Positions 1 through 13,500 of a stretch of 64,000 nucleotides of DNA are shown here, piece after piece. The notes beneath the pieces were generated by a model. That model was not told where the DNA came from and did no database searches. It was given only the letters and a program-made list of their open reading frames with translations. The translations under genes and the position numbers were made by a program. Source of the stretch: Hypanus sabinus (Eukaryota); contig NC_082714.1 of assembly GCF_030144855.1 (NCBI RefSeq), positions 95,790,001 to 95,854,000 of the forward strand, given 5' to 3'. Each line of letters starts with the position of its first letter. The first letter of the stretch is position 1.

Positions 1-240
1 TGTTTAGTCAGCAGAAAAATCTGTTTTTGACCAATGGAGAGGAGGACAGAGACCTCCAACCAGAATAAATTCCAAATGATGACACCCTCTGTTTGCTATA
101 GGCACGTGAGTTCTGAATTCCACAGTGAACCTCTTCCATCTTAATCTCTGGATAAGCTACCATTTTAGAAAAACCTTAATAAAATCCATGTAGACGAAAT
201 CCACAGCTCTACCTTCAATCGCGTTGACATGCACAGAGAA
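1..240 (-). mobile_element. Old CR1 LINE reverse-transcriptase fragment
   Basis: Minus strand resembles the CR1 IEGRAVDFVYMDF motif; paralogous to 63700-63940. Confidence 0.55.
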
Positions 241-2279
241 ATGTTTTTCCAATTGACAACAAATCCCGAAGAATAATCTCCAGCTGACGTGAGACTAGCT
301 GGTCTCTGTTCCACCATTAGTCCCTTTTCCCTGCTTAAACAGTGGAACTACAGTACATCCGCTCAATGCTCAGAGTCATCGCCTGTGGCCAGAGGACGCG
401 AAGATTTGTATGGCGGTCTCAGCAATCTCACCTCTTGCCTCTGTCCATTATCAAGCTGTCTGACGTATCCGGTTACGGAATATTATCCATCTTATTGTTC
501 TTTAAGAGACCCAACACGCCCGAATTAGCCGTTCCACACTCTGATCACCCTGTCATCAAAGTGCTTCTCCAGATTCAATGTACTCACTTATGACCTCACC
601 GGCATCCTCTGTCACCAAGCACGTGAGCCCTCTTTATCATTGACTGTGTCACCTGCTTTCTAGCCGTCTTTTGTACGTGATCTATGGATCGAATGCATTG
701 AAACACGTCTAAATTGATAATGACTGCAACTTTTCATTGTCCTTACTGGTTATAGGGCTTAAGATTAGCATCCTAAACATCATATACGCTTCATTTTCTT
801 TTTCACTAAATTGGCTATAGTAGGCCTTTATGCGCACTACACATGTCAGATGCGGACTTACCTAAAAAGCAAATGTTCGCAATTAACTGTAACCGTAAAT
901 GTTGCTGCAAACGTAATATTAGGGTGGGCAGAGGCTACATAATTCAGAAGGCACAAAGATATAAAAGCAGAATTAGCCATCGGTCTGCTCCGCCATTCCA
1001 TCATGGTTTATTATGCCTCTCAAAACCATTGTCCTGCCTTTATACGTAACTTTCGACTTGCTTACTAATCAAGAACCCATCAATCTCTTTTTTTAAACAT
1101 AACCAATAACTTGACCTCCACAGCCGTCTGTGGCAATGAATTCCACAGATTTTACCGTACCCTGGACATCATCTGACCCCTTTCGATTGCCAGTGCATCA
1201 GTTTTTAAATTAGGGGCGATAGACCGTTCAGAATTTCGAAATGCCTGTGCATTTTGTCCACGCGATGGGAATCACCATTTATTATGAACTACGTTAGGAC
1301 ATGGTGACTTCAAGTACAGCTCAGAGGCTGGGAATCCCAGACGACTAGCATTTATTGTCAGCACAATGCATTTCAAACTTCGCACAGGTCACAATTTCAC
1401 TGTAATTTTCTCTACTGGCCCCTATCCGTACAGTTCCGACAACTCGAACACAGTGTTATCCAGCACAAGGTAGATCTACTAAAGTTCACTGCAGTATAAC
1501 ACAGATCGTTCCAGCAACTCTGCCTAAATCCTGGCAAAGATGTTCAAGTGTAGCAAGCACGATCTTCTGGCTCAGAAATATATCTGTGTCCTTCAATATC
1601 TCCTGTTCTAAACCCTGCAATTCCCTCCCATACATCGCGAAGTAGCTTTACAAGAGGGTCTCCAATAAATGCAGTCGACTCATCGCCAGCTTCTGCGGAG
1701 ATTTAGGCAAGAGGACACGAATGCTGGTTTTCCTAGTGATACAATTCTCTACATGTCGGAACGTAGGACCAAACCATGATCTGTTTGGAAGTCTCTCTGA
1801 ACATTGCTCCATAGCCTTTTGACATTGTCAGTTCCTTTTGTTGAAGGCCATCGCTGGAGCTGACTTCAGTCCAGATTATAGCAGCGAGGCCCGAAAGCAG
1901 AAAACGAATCGGTATTCAATGTCATCTGCATGCGTTTGGCACGTCTCCCCCTCTTCGCGCTGCTATCATTGGTCGAGAGGTGCAGAAGACTTCGGATCCA
2001 CGCTGCAGCTTTTACCACGCTGTCGTCGGGATCCTGGATCAGCTTCACTCGGCGCAGCGCTGAACCATCTCGGCAACACGTGGACACATTTCGGGTATTC
2101 TGCAACTCCCGTTCTGGGTGTTATTTGTTCTTTTGCATTTTGGATGTCTTTGTGGAGTGGGGTTTTCGTGGATTCTATTAAATTACTTTATTTTATAACT
2201 GTTCGCAAGCAGATGACTATTAAGGTTGCAGATATGCATAATCTAATAATAGTTTTTAACTTTAAGCTTTAAAGCTCAA

Positions 2280-5200
2280 TGCACTTCCGGTGTAGTGACC
2301 CCGTAATGGCAGGAGGCTAGTTGCTGGGTGACTGTCAGAAGAAGTAGAAATAGACAGTAAGAGCAGATCACCCCTGTGGCCGTTCCCTTCAAAATCAAGG
2401 ATACTAATTGCGCTACATTTGTTACGTGCTGGGTGAGCTTCCGGGAGAATGGCACGGCGACCAAGATAGACACTGAGCATGGGTCGGTGGTGCAGAAAGG
2501 AAAGAGAGAAGGAGGAGGGAGCGGTAGTGATAGGGGACTCGATAGTGAGAGGAACAGGCAGGAGATTCTGCGGACGTGAACGGGACATTCGGATAACATG
2601 TTGCCTCCCAGGTGTCAGGGTTAGCAGCTGATGTCTCAGCTGGCGTCCACAACATTTTGGAGAGGGAGGGCGAGAAGCCAGATGTCTTTGTTCACGTTGT
2701 CACCAATGACATAGGAAGGAAAAGCAATGAGGTCTTGAAAAGGGAATTCAGAGAGCGAGGCAAAAAACTGAGATGCAGGACCACGCGAGTAGCAATTTCT
2801 GGATTGCTGCCTGTACAGCGCGCCGGTGAGGATAGACACAGGATGATTTGACAGATAAATGCGTGGCAGAGAAGCTGGTGCAGGAGAAGGGCTTCAGGTT
2901 CTTGGCAAATTGGGATCTCTTTTCGGGGAAGTATGACCTGTTTAAAAGTGACGGGTTGCACCTGAACCCGTACAGGGCCAATATTCTCGCGGGCAGGTTT
3001 GTTCGGGTTGTTGGGGATGGTTTAACTAGAGGCAAGGGTTGAGAGCTGGACTAAAGGGACTCAGGATAGGGCGGATGGCGCAAAGAAAAGTAAAGGTAGC
3101 GTGCAGTCAGGTTATCAGGAGGGGCAGGCAGGTGATGGTTCTTCACTGTAGCCTCAGAAAGGATTGCAAATACGGTGCTCGGGGTTTGTATCTAACTGCA
3201 CGTAGTATAAGAAATAGGGTGGATGACCACGTTGCAATATTACCGATTGCCGGGAATGATGTTGTGGTCATCCCTGAGTCGCGGCTGAAGGATGGTTGTC
3301 GTTGGGAGCTGAATGTTCAGCATTATATCGGTGGGATAGGAAGGTAGGCAGAGGTGGTTGTATGTCTCTGCTGGTAAAGAATGGCATCAAATCAGTAGAA
3401 AGATGTGACACAGGATCAGAAGATGTTGAATCGTTTTTGTTTGAGTTAAGAAACTACAAGGGTAGGGATGTCAACAGAGCAGGAACAGTGTGCGCTTCTG
3501 GGGAAAATGAGGAAGCTGCAGGAAATGTGTATTCCAAAAATGAAGAAATACTTAAGCGGTAAAATAGTAGAACCGTGGCTGGCAAGGGAAGTCAGACCTA
3601 CTGAAAAAGCAAAAGAAACAGCACACACCAAACCAGAAAATAGTGGGCAGATAGAGAATTGGGAAGGTTTTAAATGCTGCAGAGAGCAACTAAAAATCTT
3701 TAGAAGGAAAAAAGATGAAATATAAAGAAAGCTATGAAATAATATCAAAGTGGATAGTAGAAGTTTTTATCAAGTGTGTTAAAATAAAAGAGAAATGAGA
3801 GTGTATATAGGACCGCTAGAAAATGAAGCTGGAGAAATAATAAAGGGGAACAAGGAGATGACTTATGAACTAAATGTGTATTTTGCGTCAGTCTTCATTA
3901 TGGAAGAGACTCGCAGTATGCCTGATGTTGTAGTGTATGAAGGAAGATAAGTGGTTGCAAGTACTGTTATAAAGAGCAGGTGCTCGAAATACTGAAGGAC
4001 CTAAAGATACATTAGTCGCCCGGACTAGAGGAACTGCATCCTAGGGTTCTGAAAGAGGTAGTGTTAGAAATTGTCGTGGCATTGGGAGTAATCTTCCAAA
4101 AAGCATTGGACTCTGGCACCGTGCTGGAATTCTTTGAGGAGATTACAGCTGGGATAGATAAAGGGGATATAGTGGATGTTGTATACTTGGACTTTCAGAA
4201 CGCCTTTGATAAGGTGACACACATGAGGCTGGTTACCAAGTTTAAAGCCCATAGTATTACAGGAAATTTACTCACGTGGTTGATTGGTAGGAGGCAGCGA
4301 GTGGGAATAAAAGGATCCTTTTCTGGTTGGCTGCCAGCGCCGAGTGGTGTTCCACAGGGGTCTGTGTTGGGACCACTTCTTTTTCTGCAGTATATAAATG
4401 TTTTAGATGATGGAATAAATGGCCTTTTGTCGAGTTTACAGATGATCCGAAGATTGGTGCAGGGGTGGGTAGTTTTGAAGAAACAGTCAGGATGCAGAAT
4501 GACTTGGACAGATTAGGGGAATGGGCAAGAAAGTGCCAAATGAAATACAGTGTTGGAAAACGCATGGTCATGCACTTTGGAAATAGAAATTAATTGTGCG
4601 TATTATTTTCGAAACGGGGAGAAATTCCAGGAATTCGAGTTGCAGAGGGAAATGGGAGTCCTGGTGCCGAACTTCCTGAGAATTCCCCTGCAGGTGGATT
4701 CAGTGGTGAGATACGCAAATGTCACATTAGCATTCATTTCCAGAGGTCAATAATACAAGAACAAGAATGTATGCTGAGGCTTTATGAGGGACTGGTAAGG
4801 CCTCACCTTGAGAATTGTGAACAGTTTAGGGACCCTCATCTTAGAAAAGGTGTGCTCGCATTGGAAAGGGTTCAAGAGGAGGATAACAAAGAATGATTCA
4901 GAAATGATAGGGTTATCGTTATCATACGTGGAACGTTTGATGGTTCTGGGTCTGTACTCGCAGGAATTCAGAAGGATGGGGAAGGATCTCATTCAAACCT
5001 TTCGAATGTTGAAAGTTCTAAACAGAGTAGATGTGGAAAGGATGCTTCCCATGATGAGAGAGTTTAGGAGACGAACACATGAAAACAATAGGGAGGCGCC
5101 CTTTTAAAACAGAGATGCAAAGAAATTTCTGAAGCATAAGGGTGGTCAATTTGTGGAATTTGTTTCCAAATGCAGCTGTGGAGGATATGTGGTTGGGTGT

Positions 5201-5375
5201 GTTTAAGACGGAAATTGATAGGTTCTTGACTGGTCATGGCATCAAACGTTACGGAGAGAAGACCGGTACTAGGTTTGAGGATGAGATTTTAAAAAGGTTT
5301 AGCAATGATTGATTGGCGTCACAGACTCAATGGGCCAGATGGTCGATTTCTGCTCCTGTGTCTTATCGTCTGATG
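2280..5375 (+). mobile_element. Near full-length degenerate CR1 LINE (ORF1 esterase + ORF2 endonuclease/RT)
   Basis: ORF1 SGNH-esterase-like GDS..RFCG..VFVHVVTNDIG at 2520-2850. RT DVVYLDFQNAFDKV..GVPQGSVLGPLL at 4061-4516. CR1 3' region and tail to about 5370. Many frameshifts. Confidence 0.88.
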
Positions 5376-5929
5376 GGTTATGTTGTGGATCTTGGTATAC
5401 ATATATGCCCAGAGCGCTCCGCCAACCCGACGGACTTGCTGATTTTATTCCTGCCGTATGAGACGAACAGGTTAGTTCCACCGGTTTGTCTCGTCGGTGG
5501 ACTTTACTCCGCCCAGAGTGTATTTTAACGGAACATATCTGGACTGCTCACCGAAGGATGGGACCATCCGGGAAAGTTTGACCCTGACCAAAGCTACAGT
5601 GTTAGAAGTCAGGTGCTAGTAACACTAGAATCCAGGAGAGCAGCGGAGCCTGTACCTGCATCACTCACTTTGTGGGTGCGGACAGAAGAAAGACTAATTT
5701 TATTGTGGTCACAGCTTCCGGTGGTCTTAGGCTCGGCCCGATTGCCGGCGTCTACTTGTAATCTCTTTGCGACTTCATGGCGCGACCGAGCCGGTAGAAG
5801 TGCCGCGTACAACTAAGGTACAAGGGCTCGGGTTGAACGGGCATGCAGTGAACAGCATAACCATATTCCAGGAACTGTGTACAGGGACACCTGCGCTGTG
5901 TATGGGTTGGACACTCCCAAGTACAAATG

Positions 5930-6250
5930 GGAAACAGCTGAGAAGGTAGTGAAGAAGTTGTTTCCTATATGGAAGGGGTCCAGGTCTAGAATCAGAGGGC
6001 ACAGCCTTAGAATAGAGGGACGTCCCTTTAGAAGAGAGAGAAGGAGGAATATCTTTGGCACAGAATACGGCGCGTCTGTGGTTATTGGTTATAATTAAAT
6101 CAGAGGTTGATAGGCTCTTGATCAGTAAGGACGTCACATGTTACAGATAGAGGCAGGAGCGTGGCCGTGAGAGGTTTAATAAACTAGCCCTGATGGAGTG
6201 GCGGAGCGGACTCGATAGGCGGAATGTCTGAATTCTGCTCCTATGTCCGC
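5930..6250 (+). mobile_element. CR1 3' fragment
   Basis: KLFPIWKGSRSRIRGHSLRIEGRPF and a CR1-type 3' UTR. Confidence 0.75.
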
Positions 6251-8260
6251 TGGAATGGCTCTAATCTTCACTGACTCCACTTTCCAAATACATTTGCATG
6301 TATTTATTCATCTGGATAACTAAGCAAGGATACAGTAACATTGCAGATAGTTCGTGGAACGCCACAGCACAAGAACAGGGCATTCGGCCACAACATCTAC
6401 GCCGACCATGATGCCAAGCTCAATGATACCGTCTGTCTGCAAATGCTGATAACCCCGCATTCATAATCAGAATCAGTGTTACGTTTATGATCACCGTCAT
6501 ATGTCGTAAATTTTGTTGTTTTGAGGTAGTAGTACAGTGTATAACATAAAATATACGATCAATTGAAATAACAAGAAAGTAAGAAAAATGAATTGCTGTA
6601 AGTTGCTCGTGTCATAATAGTGGAAAATTGGGGAGATACGTTCACAGGTCGGTTCATTGTCCATTCAGAATCTGATTTTGGGATCGATGCTGTTCCCAAA
6701 ACGTTGAATGTGTGATTTCCAACTCCTGTACTTCCTCTCTAATGGTAGTAATGAGAAGACGTGCTGGGTGGTGGAAGTCCTTCATTTCCGATGCCGCCTT
6801 TTTTGAGACATCACACTTTGAAGATGCTGGGGAGATTAAAGCCCATGATAGAGCTGACGAGTTTGCAATCCTATGCAACATTTTCTGAACCGTGCAGTGT
6901 TCCGTGCATATCAGTCGTACTCCCGGATACAACTTGTTTGAATGCACTCTACGGTGCATCCCTATAAATTTCCTAGCGTCTTTAAAAACATGCTAAATCT
7001 CCCAAAATTCATAAATGCATCTTCATAGTTGTATCCATACGTTGACACCCAGGAAATTGAAACTTTCTGACTATCCCTGCCTATTCAAGTACCCCTGGAT
7101 GTCCATGTGCCTTGCTAAACTACAGTGTTATGTCGGGTACGACCGCTATCCTGGAACATACCAGTTTCTGCGGGATCTGATAGTAAGTGAATATCTTGAG
7201 AACAGTAACGAAAACTTATCAGGTTTTGAGATAATTATAAGTAAGAATATACCTGGATCTTGTGGGACAGAACCAAACTGGGGGCAGAGGGAGAAGAGGG
7301 TAAGACGGGGTGGGGTGAGGGTTAAAGGACGTTTACTGGGAGCAACTACTGTTGAAGAAGTCTCCGGTCAACGTCTGAAACCAGGGATCAAGGATGAATT
7401 ATCAACTTACAAATATAATTAATAAACAATTCTATCAAAAAGTTACAGGTTAAGGGCGGATAAGCACAATTAGATAAATGCCGGCATGTAATATCATGTT
7501 ATCAGCATTGTCTGAAACAAAGTCGTTTAAAGTGCTTTCAGTACAGTATCTTGTTTTCATGTCTCTATACCACTTTCCAGAAAGGACCTTTTGTAAAAGG
7601 CAGATTGCACGCCTTTTGTGTAGTGTCCACGTGCGATTGATATTAAGAACGGGAAGATCAGAATTCAGGATTAGCAAGGAGTAGGGATTAGGATGTTTAG
7701 GAACAAAAGGCACATCCTCAGTATAGAAGGCGTACATTTAGAGCAAATATAAGAAGGAATTTCTTCAGTTCAAGTTCATGTTTCGGTAAGGAGTAAGGAA
7801 AAGGATAGTAACTTAAGGGAACCTTGGATGAACAGAGAAGACCTACAGTTAATTATGAGCGAAATGGAAGCGCAATTAAAGATTAGGAAGTTAAAATTGG
7901 ACCGGACCCTCAGGAAGAAAAGGTAATAGGGAGTGTTGAAGCTGATGATTGGAAAGGCCAAAGAGGCCTATCTAATGTACCTAAATAGAGAGTGGATTCA
8001 GATATCGGAGGTGTAAAGCGACTTGAGAGTCCTACTGCAGCAATTCATAAAGTTTAACTTACATGTTGAGTCGATGGTAAAGATTAAAATGCAATGTTCG
8101 CATAAAATTCAAGATGACTAAACTATTAAAGCAAGGTTGTAATGCTGGAATGCTGGGACATTGGTTCCACCCACACTAGAGGCTGTGTGTTCAGCTTTGG
8201 GACCTGGATCTGAGCCTGTACTCAGAATTTATAAATTTGGAATTTAGGACAAATTCCTAA

Positions 8261-8261
<1 letters not shown>

Positions 8262-8344
<83 letters not shown>
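8262..8344. repeat. (TG)n microsatellite
   Basis: About 41 perfect TG units. Confidence 0.99.
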
Positions 8345-8348
<4 letters not shown>

Positions 8349-8879
8349 ATGGGGCGGGGGTGTTGGGGGTGAGATCGGCGGTGGGGGTAGTGGGGCGAGG
8401 GATCTCACTGAAGCCAAACAAAATTTGTAAGGTCGAGACAGGGTGAATGTGGAAAAAATATTACTTCTTGTTGGGAGTTTAGGACCATAAGGCACAGCCT
8501 CAATATAGAGGACGTACATTTGTAACAAAGGTAAGGAGGAATTTCTTCAGTTCAAGTTCAAGATTAATTCTCATTCAATCAGACGCAAGGATATAGCCAA
8601 ATGAAATACCATTCCTCTGTGGCCAAGCTGAAATACAGATTAACAGTAATAAAAAAAACAAAACACTTTCAATAATAACAACAATAATAATGATATCCTG
8701 TTGCAGTTTAATACAACCCGATTGCTTACATGGGCACAGGCAAGTGACAAACATCGTTCATCGAAAGCTTGCTTTAAAATACAAAATCATAAATGAAATT
8801 ATATGGCTAATAAATAAAAGACTGATCCAGTTTCTGAATCAGAATACTTCAAATTATATTATGACTGACCAGTTATTAT

Positions 8880-9065
8880 AGATTGGTCCTGGACAGTCCA
8901 AGGTGGCCATTCAACGGTCTAGGCCGGAAAATGGAGGGGGCTTCCCGGACCGACTGCCTGCCCCCTTTCTGAGGATACATTCGTGCCCAGTTGTCCTTGA
9001 ATTGGTAGCACGCAGTCGTAATGGACACATTGGAGGATTTCCGGGAGCGGTGCCCCACCCACCTG
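8880..9065 (+). mobile_element. Tx1/L1-clade LINE ORF2 C-terminal fragment
   Basis: DCLP..GYIRA..SLE..HAV..DTLEDFRER-like translation; shares ccaag(g/a)tggccattca with 41890. Confidence 0.5.
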
Positions 9066-9119
9066 GCTATTGACTGCTTTATAGACAGTGGTAACTATAT
9101 TTTAATTTGAGTTTCCTTA

Positions 9120-10063
9120 TGTCATAGTGTGGGCGCTGGGAGAGGACCAAACTGCAAGCCACAGACACTGAAGTACTAGGAAATGGACTGGACTAGAGTT
9201 AGGGACTGGACAGAACACAGACTAGGAGCTGCTACAGGAACACAGATTTGTGCTACGACTTTGGCTAGAAAAGCGGAACCAGGACAAGGAACTGGGAACT
9301 AGGAGCCTGGGCTTGGACTCCGAGCCAGAGACTGGACAAGGACCCAGAACCTGGGTCTTGACTCGGGCTCGGACCCCGGAACTAGGCGAGGACCTGACTT
9401 GGCTGCAGGACTGGACATGGCTTGGGATCTTCGAGGTTTGGCTGCAGGATAGACATGGAACTCCTGCACTGGACGAGGCACATGGAGATGCCAACAACCC
9501 GAAGCCTTGACTCGATCTTGGGACACGTGAACACGGACCCTTGGTCTTGAGAGAACAGGAACACAGAGCATTGGTCTTGAGCGGACAGGAGCACAGGGGC
9601 ATGGAACACAGAGCCGGGGCCCCTCCATAGGAATAAGACTTGGGCCGGGGCTCTACACAGAATACAGAGACGGTTCCCAACACAGGGTAGCAGCCACCGG
9701 CCGGACCTACCTATGGAAGGCGTGGACACAGAAACAGTTCAAAACGATGATACATAGTTTCTTATCTAGACACAGCAAGGCTTCAGTCTTGCTCTGGCGG
9801 TAGAACTTCACAGCGATACAGGCGAGGACGCAGGCGAGGTTGTAGGCAAGTCTCCAGGCAAAGACTTCAGGAGGAAGGTGAAGGGAACAGTCCAGCAAAT
9901 GACGCTGAACCCAGGAGCTATTGATGTAGCCATCCTAAAATGAGAATCAGGAGCCTCAATTAGAGCACCCAACGGACCAATGTAAAACCAGAAAACCTAG
10001 ATTAAGGATCGATGGACCGGACCGTGAACCAGAAATGCAGACTTCACAGACTGGACCATGACA
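9120..10063. mobile_element. Solo-LTR-like element (fish Gypsy-type termini)
   Basis: Begins TGTCAT (9120), ends ATGACA (10063); flanks CCTTA / ACTTA form an imperfect 5-bp target duplication; related copies at 13758-15525. Confidence 0.72.
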
Positions 10064-10499
10064 ACTTACTGACTTGTAAATATTGAATATCTCTACCTTG
10101 TAAATAAACTTTTATAGTTTTGCATAAAAAGGAGGACATGCCCTTGGTCATAGAATAAAGGATGCTGTCTTTTTCAGGCATCGCCTTTTGAAGGTGTCCT
10201 GGATGCTGGGAGGCAAGTATCTCTGATGGAGTTAGCTGAATTTACATATTACTCAGCTTTTCTTTCTGACCCGTGCACTGCGCTTACCCCTATACCCGAT
10301 GATCAGGCTCTCAACCCCCCATATGTAGAAATTGGCGAGGGTATTTGATGAAATACCAAATTTCCTCAAACTCTAAATGAAATATAGACACTATCATGCC
10401 TTGCTTACAATTGCATTAATATAATTTATGAATATGGTTGAATCTTGAGATTTTTATGGCTAGTTTCTCTCGCCACAGTAGAGCAGATTTATTTATTTT

Positions 10500-10770
10500 A
10501 TTTCGCTTTACAGTGCAGAGTAGGACTATCCTGCTCTTTAGGCCGCGCCTCCCAGCAACATCCTAGAAACTCAATTAACCCTAACTAAATCACGGGGCAG
10601 TTGATAATGAATAATTCGCTAATGCAGGAAATCTTTGGAGCGTGGGAGAAAACCGCAACACCGGGTAAAACCCACGCATTCCACGAGGAGGACATGTGGA
10701 TACTCTTTACAGATGACGCTGGGATTCAACCCTGAACTCCGGACGGCGCGGCAGCAATAGCATCTGATGT
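10500..10770 (-). mobile_element. SINE (HE1/V-SINE-like core)
   Basis: gtgggagaaaaccgcaacaccgggtaaaacccacgca is the reverse complement of the recalled core GTGGGTTT.C.CCGG..CTCCGGTTTCCTCCCAC. Confidence 0.6.
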
Positions 10771-10844
10771 GTCTGGTGTACACTGCCTTCTTTATAGCCT
10801 TTCATGTAATGATGCCCAGTTACAAGAACCTTTTGGCTCTGTTG

Positions 10845-10992
10845 NNNNNNNNNNNNNNNNNNNNNNNNNNNNNNNNNNNNNNNNNNNNNNNNNNNNNNNN
10901 NNNNNNNNNNNNNNNNNNNNNNNNNNNNNNNNNNNNNNNNNNNNNNNNNNNNNNNNNNNNNNNNNNNNNNNNNNNNNNNNNNNNNNNNNNNN
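10845..10992. other. Assembly gap (148 N)
   Basis: Run of N. Confidence 0.99.
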
Positions 10993-12010
10993 ATGCAGCG
11001 ATGGGATTAGTCAACGATATTTTAGCTTAGGCAGGAATGCAGAGGGAGTGGCGTTTTTCTGTTGGTAACAAATGAAATCAATCATCCGAGAGAGATGCAT
11101 AGGATTGGACGTTGTTGAGACACTGAGGATAAAGCTAAGGAACTGCACGGGTAAAAATCTCTTAAGGGTATTCTATACAATACCCCAAAGAGTAGCAAGG
11201 ACGTGGCATACAAGTTACAGCGGGAGATGGAAAATGCATGCCAAAAGGGCACTGTTACAACACTCATGGCGGACTTCAATACGCAGGTTGATTGGGAAAA
11301 TTAATTTGGTGTCTGATTACAGGAGGGAAAATTTCGAGAGTGACTAAAGATGCTTTTTAGAGCAACTCGTGATTGAACCCACTCGAGAATCAGCTATTCT
11401 GGATTGGGTGATGAAACAGAATTGAGTATAGAGCTTCAGGTAAAAGAACCCCAGTGGGAAGTGATCACCCTGAAATCCGAGAAGCTAAAGTCAGATATAT
11501 TAGAATTACAGTGGAGTAAAGGGTATTCCAGAGGTATGAGAGAGGAGCTGGGTAGTATTGGGCTGAAAAGAACACTGCAGCGATGACGGCAGAGCAGAAA
11601 TGGTTGGAATTTCCGGAAGAAATTCGGAAAGCAAAGGATATACGCATTCCAAAGAGGAAGTAGTATTCTAAGGAAAATAAATTACACAGCCGTGGCTAAC
11701 AGGAGAAGTTAAAACCAATATAAAATCAAAGTGAGGGAATATAACAGTACAAAACTGAATGTGTATTTCAGGATTGCGTAGTTTTGTAAATCCAACAGAA
11801 GCCAACGAAAAAGATCATTAAGAGAAGGTAAAGACGGTGTTCGAAATTTCGCCAGCCAATAGTATTGAAGAGGATACCAAAGGTTTCTTCAGATGAATAA
11901 ACTGTAAAAGTGAATCCATATCAAACCGATGATGGGGTACGACGAAATAGCAGACAAACTGGATAAGTATTTGGCATTGGTCTTCACTGTGGAGGATGCG
12001 AACAGTATGG
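10993..12010 (+). mobile_element. CR1 ORF2 endonuclease-region fragment
   Basis: ETLRIKLRNCTGK..FY and YLDKYLALVFTVED-like CR1 motifs. Confidence 0.72.
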
Positions 12011-12419
12011 TGGGAGTTCGAGATGACAACAGTGTCACATACACGGAATCTGCCGCACAGCAGATTCGGCCTTGCGCTGGTAAATATGTACTGTCGGCTA
12101 ATCATTATTTCATTGTGGCAATACGTAGCTCCATTCTTTTCGTCGTAGCGTTTGTTGAGACTTGAGCAAAGCAGAACAACGTCAGGCTGCCTTCTTGCAT
12201 TCGGCCTTGCCTGAGAAATCGGACTGTCCAGTCAACTCACACTGAACACTAGCAGTGTTCTTTTTATATTTAGTTATTCCTTTCAGGCGCAATGTTGACA
12301 TTGTTTTCCATTTGAGAGCTTTAATTAACGGCCCTGTTTGGCCTAGCGTTTATTGATTTCCTTTCCCTCTAAATTGTGTTCGCATTAAAGTCTGAACTAA
12401 TAACCCCTTCAGTGTCTCT

Positions 12420-13500
12420 CCCTCCGAACTTGGGCCATATCCTGAGCCATCCTGACTATTCCTACTCATAAATCCTGCCTCTCAGGATCTTCTCCATCAA
12501 GCTACCAACCATTTCAGTAAGACTCATTGGTGTATGATTCCTTGGGCTAATTCTACCTCCTTTCATAAAAAAGCGAACGATATCTGCAACTCTCCAAACC
12601 CCGGGAACCTGTCCCGTCCACATTGATGATGCAAAGATCATTGCTAGAGCCTCGGCCATTTACTCCCTCGCCTCCAACAGTGGCCTGGGGTATATCTCGT
12701 ACAGTCCCCGTTACCTATTCAACTTGATTTTTTCCAAAAGCTCCAGAACATCCTGTTTCTTAATGTCTATATGCTCAAGCTTTTCTGTCATCTGTAAGAC
12801 ATCCCTATAATCGCCAGGTCCTTTTTCGTACTGAATACTGACGCAAATAATTCATTAACTACCTCCGCTACCTCCTCCGGTTCCATACACACTTTTCCAA
12901 TGTCACACTTGATTGGTCCTATTCTCCCTCTTCTTATCATCTTGCTCTCCACCTACTTGTAAATGCCTTCGGGTTTTCCTTAGCCTGCTCGACGACGTTT
13001 TCTCATGGCCCCTTCTGGCTCTCTTCATTCTTAAACTCCTTCCTGCTCGCCTTATAATTTTCTAGATGTCTATCATTACCCAGTTTTTGAAACTTTCGTT
13101 AGCTTTTCTTATCTTCTTGACTAGATTTACAACAGCCTTTGTACACCATGGTTCTTGTACACTACCATTCTTTCCCTGCCTTACTGGAACGTACCTATGC
13201 AGAACGGAACTGAAATATCGCTTGAACATTTGTACATTTCTGTCGTAGATGTCGCTCAGAACATCTACTCCCGATTTATGCTTCAAAGTTCCTGCCTGAC
13301 AGTTTCATATTTCCCCTTACTCCAATTAAATGTATTTCTAACTTTCAGCAGTGCCATACCCCCACCTCTTTTGTCTCCCTCCTTGTCCTTTCTGAATCAT
13401 CTACAGCCTGCCACTCGAAGTAGCCATTCTTGACCCTGAATCACGCAGCTCTCTGTAATGGCGACAACATCATAGCTCCGATCCACGCTCATCTTCAACG
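12420..13500 (-). mobile_element. CR1 ORF2 fragment with internal deletions
   Basis: YDVVAITES (endonuclease) at about 13470; IAEALAMIFASS..TGQVP..WRVA (RT start) at 12462-12659. Confidence 0.8.

Noticed and set aside
8244-8528. ORFs with CV/HT or ER/LS repeats (also 23521-23823, 52431-52715)
   Set aside because: Translations of microsatellites.
9222-9729. Overlapping 100-150 aa ORFs in the LTR-like repeats (also 14994-15533)
   Set aside because: Low-complexity internal repeats of the LTR; no gag, pol or host motifs.
10767-11068. ORFs spanning N runs (also 26828-27205, 45161-45591)
   Set aside because: Open only because of assembly gaps.
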